In this document: positions 61,477 to 64,000 of the stretch, piece after piece
Layout of the letters: every line of letters starts with the position of its first letter
How positions within the stretch are numbered: the first letter of the stretch is position 1
Origin: Mobula hypostoma
Taxonomy: Eukaryota
Length of the DNA stretch: 64,000 bases
Direction of reading: 5' to 3'
Assembly: GCF_963921235.1 (NCBI RefSeq)
Contig: NC_086108.1
Coordinates: 17,980,001 to 18,044,000, forward strand
Program-made: the position numbers and the translations under genes
The notes under the pieces: generated by a model
The model's input: the letters and a program-made list of their open reading frames with translations, nothing else
What the model was told of the DNA's origin: nothing
Databases searched by the model: none

Positions 61477-62307
61477 AAGATGAGTTAGATTGATACGATG
61501 GTCAACACATACTTAATAGCTTGATAGGCCTGTTCCTTAGTGCACTGTTCTATAAACATGAGATCCTGGACTTACAGTCTCAGAGTATGTTACACACAAT
61601 ATACCCACAGGAGCAGAGTGACACATACTGCAGCTAATTTGCATATAAACAGCAGTAAAGGTTTAACAACCAGTTCATCTGTTTTCAGGGATTCAGCTTG
61701 AACAATAACTTTTTTTCGGATATCAAGACTAATATCTATGGTCATCTTGAAAATAGGATTTCTTGTGGGCATTTGAGGGAACAGGCAGGGCATCAGCTCA
61801 AAGATACCCGGAGATACTCTCTAGAGGAGCACAATGCTTAGTTCTCATAACAATAGATAGGGTTTGTTGCTTCTTCTGTCCAGCTGTGGCTCCTGGCAGT
61901 TCAAGTCCTTATAAAGACTGACCACGAAGCACAGGCTTAGTCTCTGCATGGACTCTCAGGTAAACCTGCAGCGATGGGCAGGAACAGCAGGAGAGTCAAT
62001 GCAGGCTGAACATCAACAAGTTCTTGTATGATCTTAGTAGAGATAATGGGAAATTCATGACTGTCACATTCAAAGGCCTCTGTGGGACATGTGTGCACAT
62101 GTATGCATGTTTGTAAATCCTTAGTGTGTTTGTATAATTGTGTGCCAGTGCATGCATATGCTTCCATGTATGTGCAAGTGAGTACATTCATTGCAGATGT
62201 AGCTATTGAGTTTATTGTCATGTGTCATATAGTGAGGTACAAGTATCATTACAAACTAACCTTGCTTGCAGCAGCATCACAGGCAGTTTCAGACAACCAC
62301 AAAATAT

Positions 62308-62866
62308 GTTCGTCCATCGTCGACATCGATGAAGACCTTGACACCATTATTGATGGTGTCGAGACTAGCGCTTGATTTGGATTTAAGTGAGGGAGAGTTG
62401 CACAGCATCAGCCTCACTCTCTCTTCCCAATTCCCATCTGGGTCCAGTGGCAAGACAGAGTCAAGACAGCTGGAGATGGGACTAGGCGCAGTGGATGACC
62501 AGGATGTCTTCTGTGTCTTGTCCTGCTCTACACGTTCCACGACGCCTGCAGAGACCGCCTTCTTGACCGTTGGACCTTCCATTGGTCTCGTCCGCTCAAT
62601 CCGCCGGAGCCTTCTTCACATGCTGGGATAGACAACTCCCTATCTCACCGAGGGTTTGAGACCTGTCGGCTACCCTCACCTGGTTTAGCCGGCTTGTCGA
62701 AGCCGTTGCCCGGGGTGTGGCCGCTGTCACATGTAAACAGCTACGGGGAGCCACAGGTGAGAGCTGAGTGCCAGGTGGGGACCAAAGGTGGACTAACCGC
62801 CTTGAAAAGGACGCGGCATGTTACCCCACCAGAGGTGCTACCCCTCCCTGACACCGCATACACCCC
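62308..62866 (-). mobile_element. Full-length non-autonomous retroposon, 559 bp (probably RTE-clade-derived)
   Basis: 12-bp TSD ACCACAAAATAT (62296-62307 and 62867-62878); GC-rich 5' end that folds as an HDV-like ribozyme; no recognisable protein ORF. The RTE assignment is inferred. Confidence 0.8.
62673..62866 (-). ncRNA. HDV-like self-cleaving ribozyme candidate
   Basis: P1 GGGGUGU/ACACCCC, P2 CUCUCACCUG/CAGGUGAGGG, P3 GGC/GCC, L3 starting UCCCC, GGGCAAC after P1, P4 GGCUU-CGAC-AAGCC, J4/2 GGCUAAAC with candidate catalytic C at 62688. Confidence 0.75.
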
Positions 62867-62925
62867 ACCACAAAATATAAATTATATGTGATTTATACAA
62901 AAGAGTGAAGACAAATAAGGTTAAG

Positions 62926-62927
<2 letters not shown>

Positions 62928-62974
<47 letters not shown>
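62928..62974. repeat. (GT)n microsatellite
   Basis: About 23 uninterrupted GT units. Confidence 0.95.
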
Positions 62975-62976
<2 letters not shown>

Positions 62977-63617
62977 GCGTCTGCATGTCTGTATATGTAT
63001 TCCTGTATTAGCTGCATTAGCATGTGCATATACTGCGCCATATTTGTGTGTACATGAGTGTAAGAGAGAGAAGAAAGAGGGGAACGAAGAAGATGGAAAC
63101 AATTCAAGCATAGGAAGGGAGCCCAAACAGGTGAAGGGGGGGGGGGGGAGAGAGAAAAAGAAATGACAAACTGAAATCAATGGGGAAATCAGACTGAATT
63201 GAGAATTAGACCAGAATTTTAAAAAATGAGAGCACAGAAATAATAAGTGAAGGGAGGAAAAGAAAGAGAAAGGTGCATAGCAGAGAGAGGGAAGATTTAA
63301 CTGGAAGTCAATCAAACTGGAGCAATTTGGACCCTGCCTATCACAAACAATGAACCACACACACGGATAAAAAATCAACACAGTCTGAAACAGATAAAGA
63401 TTTCAGCAGCATGAATATTCCATCATATCTTTTCCAAACAGTACTGGACCCTTACCATGGTGAGGAGTCACAGACACAAAAGTTAGCATGGGACAGCATA
63501 CTGTGATCTCTCTAACAATGCACTCTGCACAGTATGAATGGCCTGAATCTCACTCTCACCTTTGTTTAGCACAGGCTTTGCATTATATCTACTGTCTACA
63601 TCTACCTGACTATCTCC

Positions 63618-63714
63618 CTCACCTGGTGACTTTCCAGTGAGATGATGCTCAGAACTATTGTCCACCTTGACCATCTTCCTCACCTGGTGACTTTACAGTG
63701 AGCTGACGCTCAGA
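63618..63714. repeat. Short direct duplication (36 bp, period 61)
   Basis: CTCACCTGGTGACTTT(C/A)CAGTGAG(A/C)TGA(T/C)GCTCAGA occurs twice. Confidence 0.75.
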
Positions 63715-64000
63715 CCTTTCAAAATTCAGGCTGCAGAATTTCCAGTGTCCAATTGAATTATGCTTTGACCAACTTCAGAAGTAGAATTGGATTTTAATAT
63801 CACTGTATTTTCTGACAAGGGATTTGTTATTTTGCAGCAGCAGTGCAGTGCAAAGACAAAGTCAAAGACATAAAAATTATAAAATAAATAAATAGCACAG
63901 AAATAAGAGGAATAATGAAATGGTGTTCATGAGCTCATGGACCATTCAGAAATTTAATGGTGGAGGGGAAGAAGCTGTTCCTGTTATTAAATATGGGTCT

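Overview
This is repeat-dense vertebrate DNA, most likely from an elasmobranch (ray or shark), inferred from the HE1/V-SINE-like and CR1/HER1-like repeats. It looks intergenic or intronic. I recognise no host protein-coding exon, rRNA, true tRNA or CRISPR array. Every ORF I can identify is a decayed transposon ORF. The window holds many CR1 LINE copies, including one near-full-length element at about 6228-12346 (SGNH-esterase ORF1, APE-RT ORF2) split by a Tigger/pogo DNA transposon. It also holds several Rex1/Babar LINEs, Penelope-like elements (GIY-YIG, pLTR), V-SINEs, hAT and Tc1 MITEs, a solo LTR and a G-rich 52-bp minisatellite. The most interesting signals are RNA structures. (1) A fully mappable HDV-like ribozyme fold, with an unusual hairpin inserted in L3, begins exactly at the 5' end of a TSD-flanked 559-bp non-coding retroelement (62308-62866, minus). 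(2) Minimal type-I hammerhead motifs lie in Penelope pLTRs, including two intact ones on opposite strands of a 225-bp inverted repeat (1699-2217). Both ribozyme classes are already known from retrotransposons, so any novelty would lie in these specific variants and families. Boundaries of old repeats are approximate and family names come from motif recognition, not database searches.
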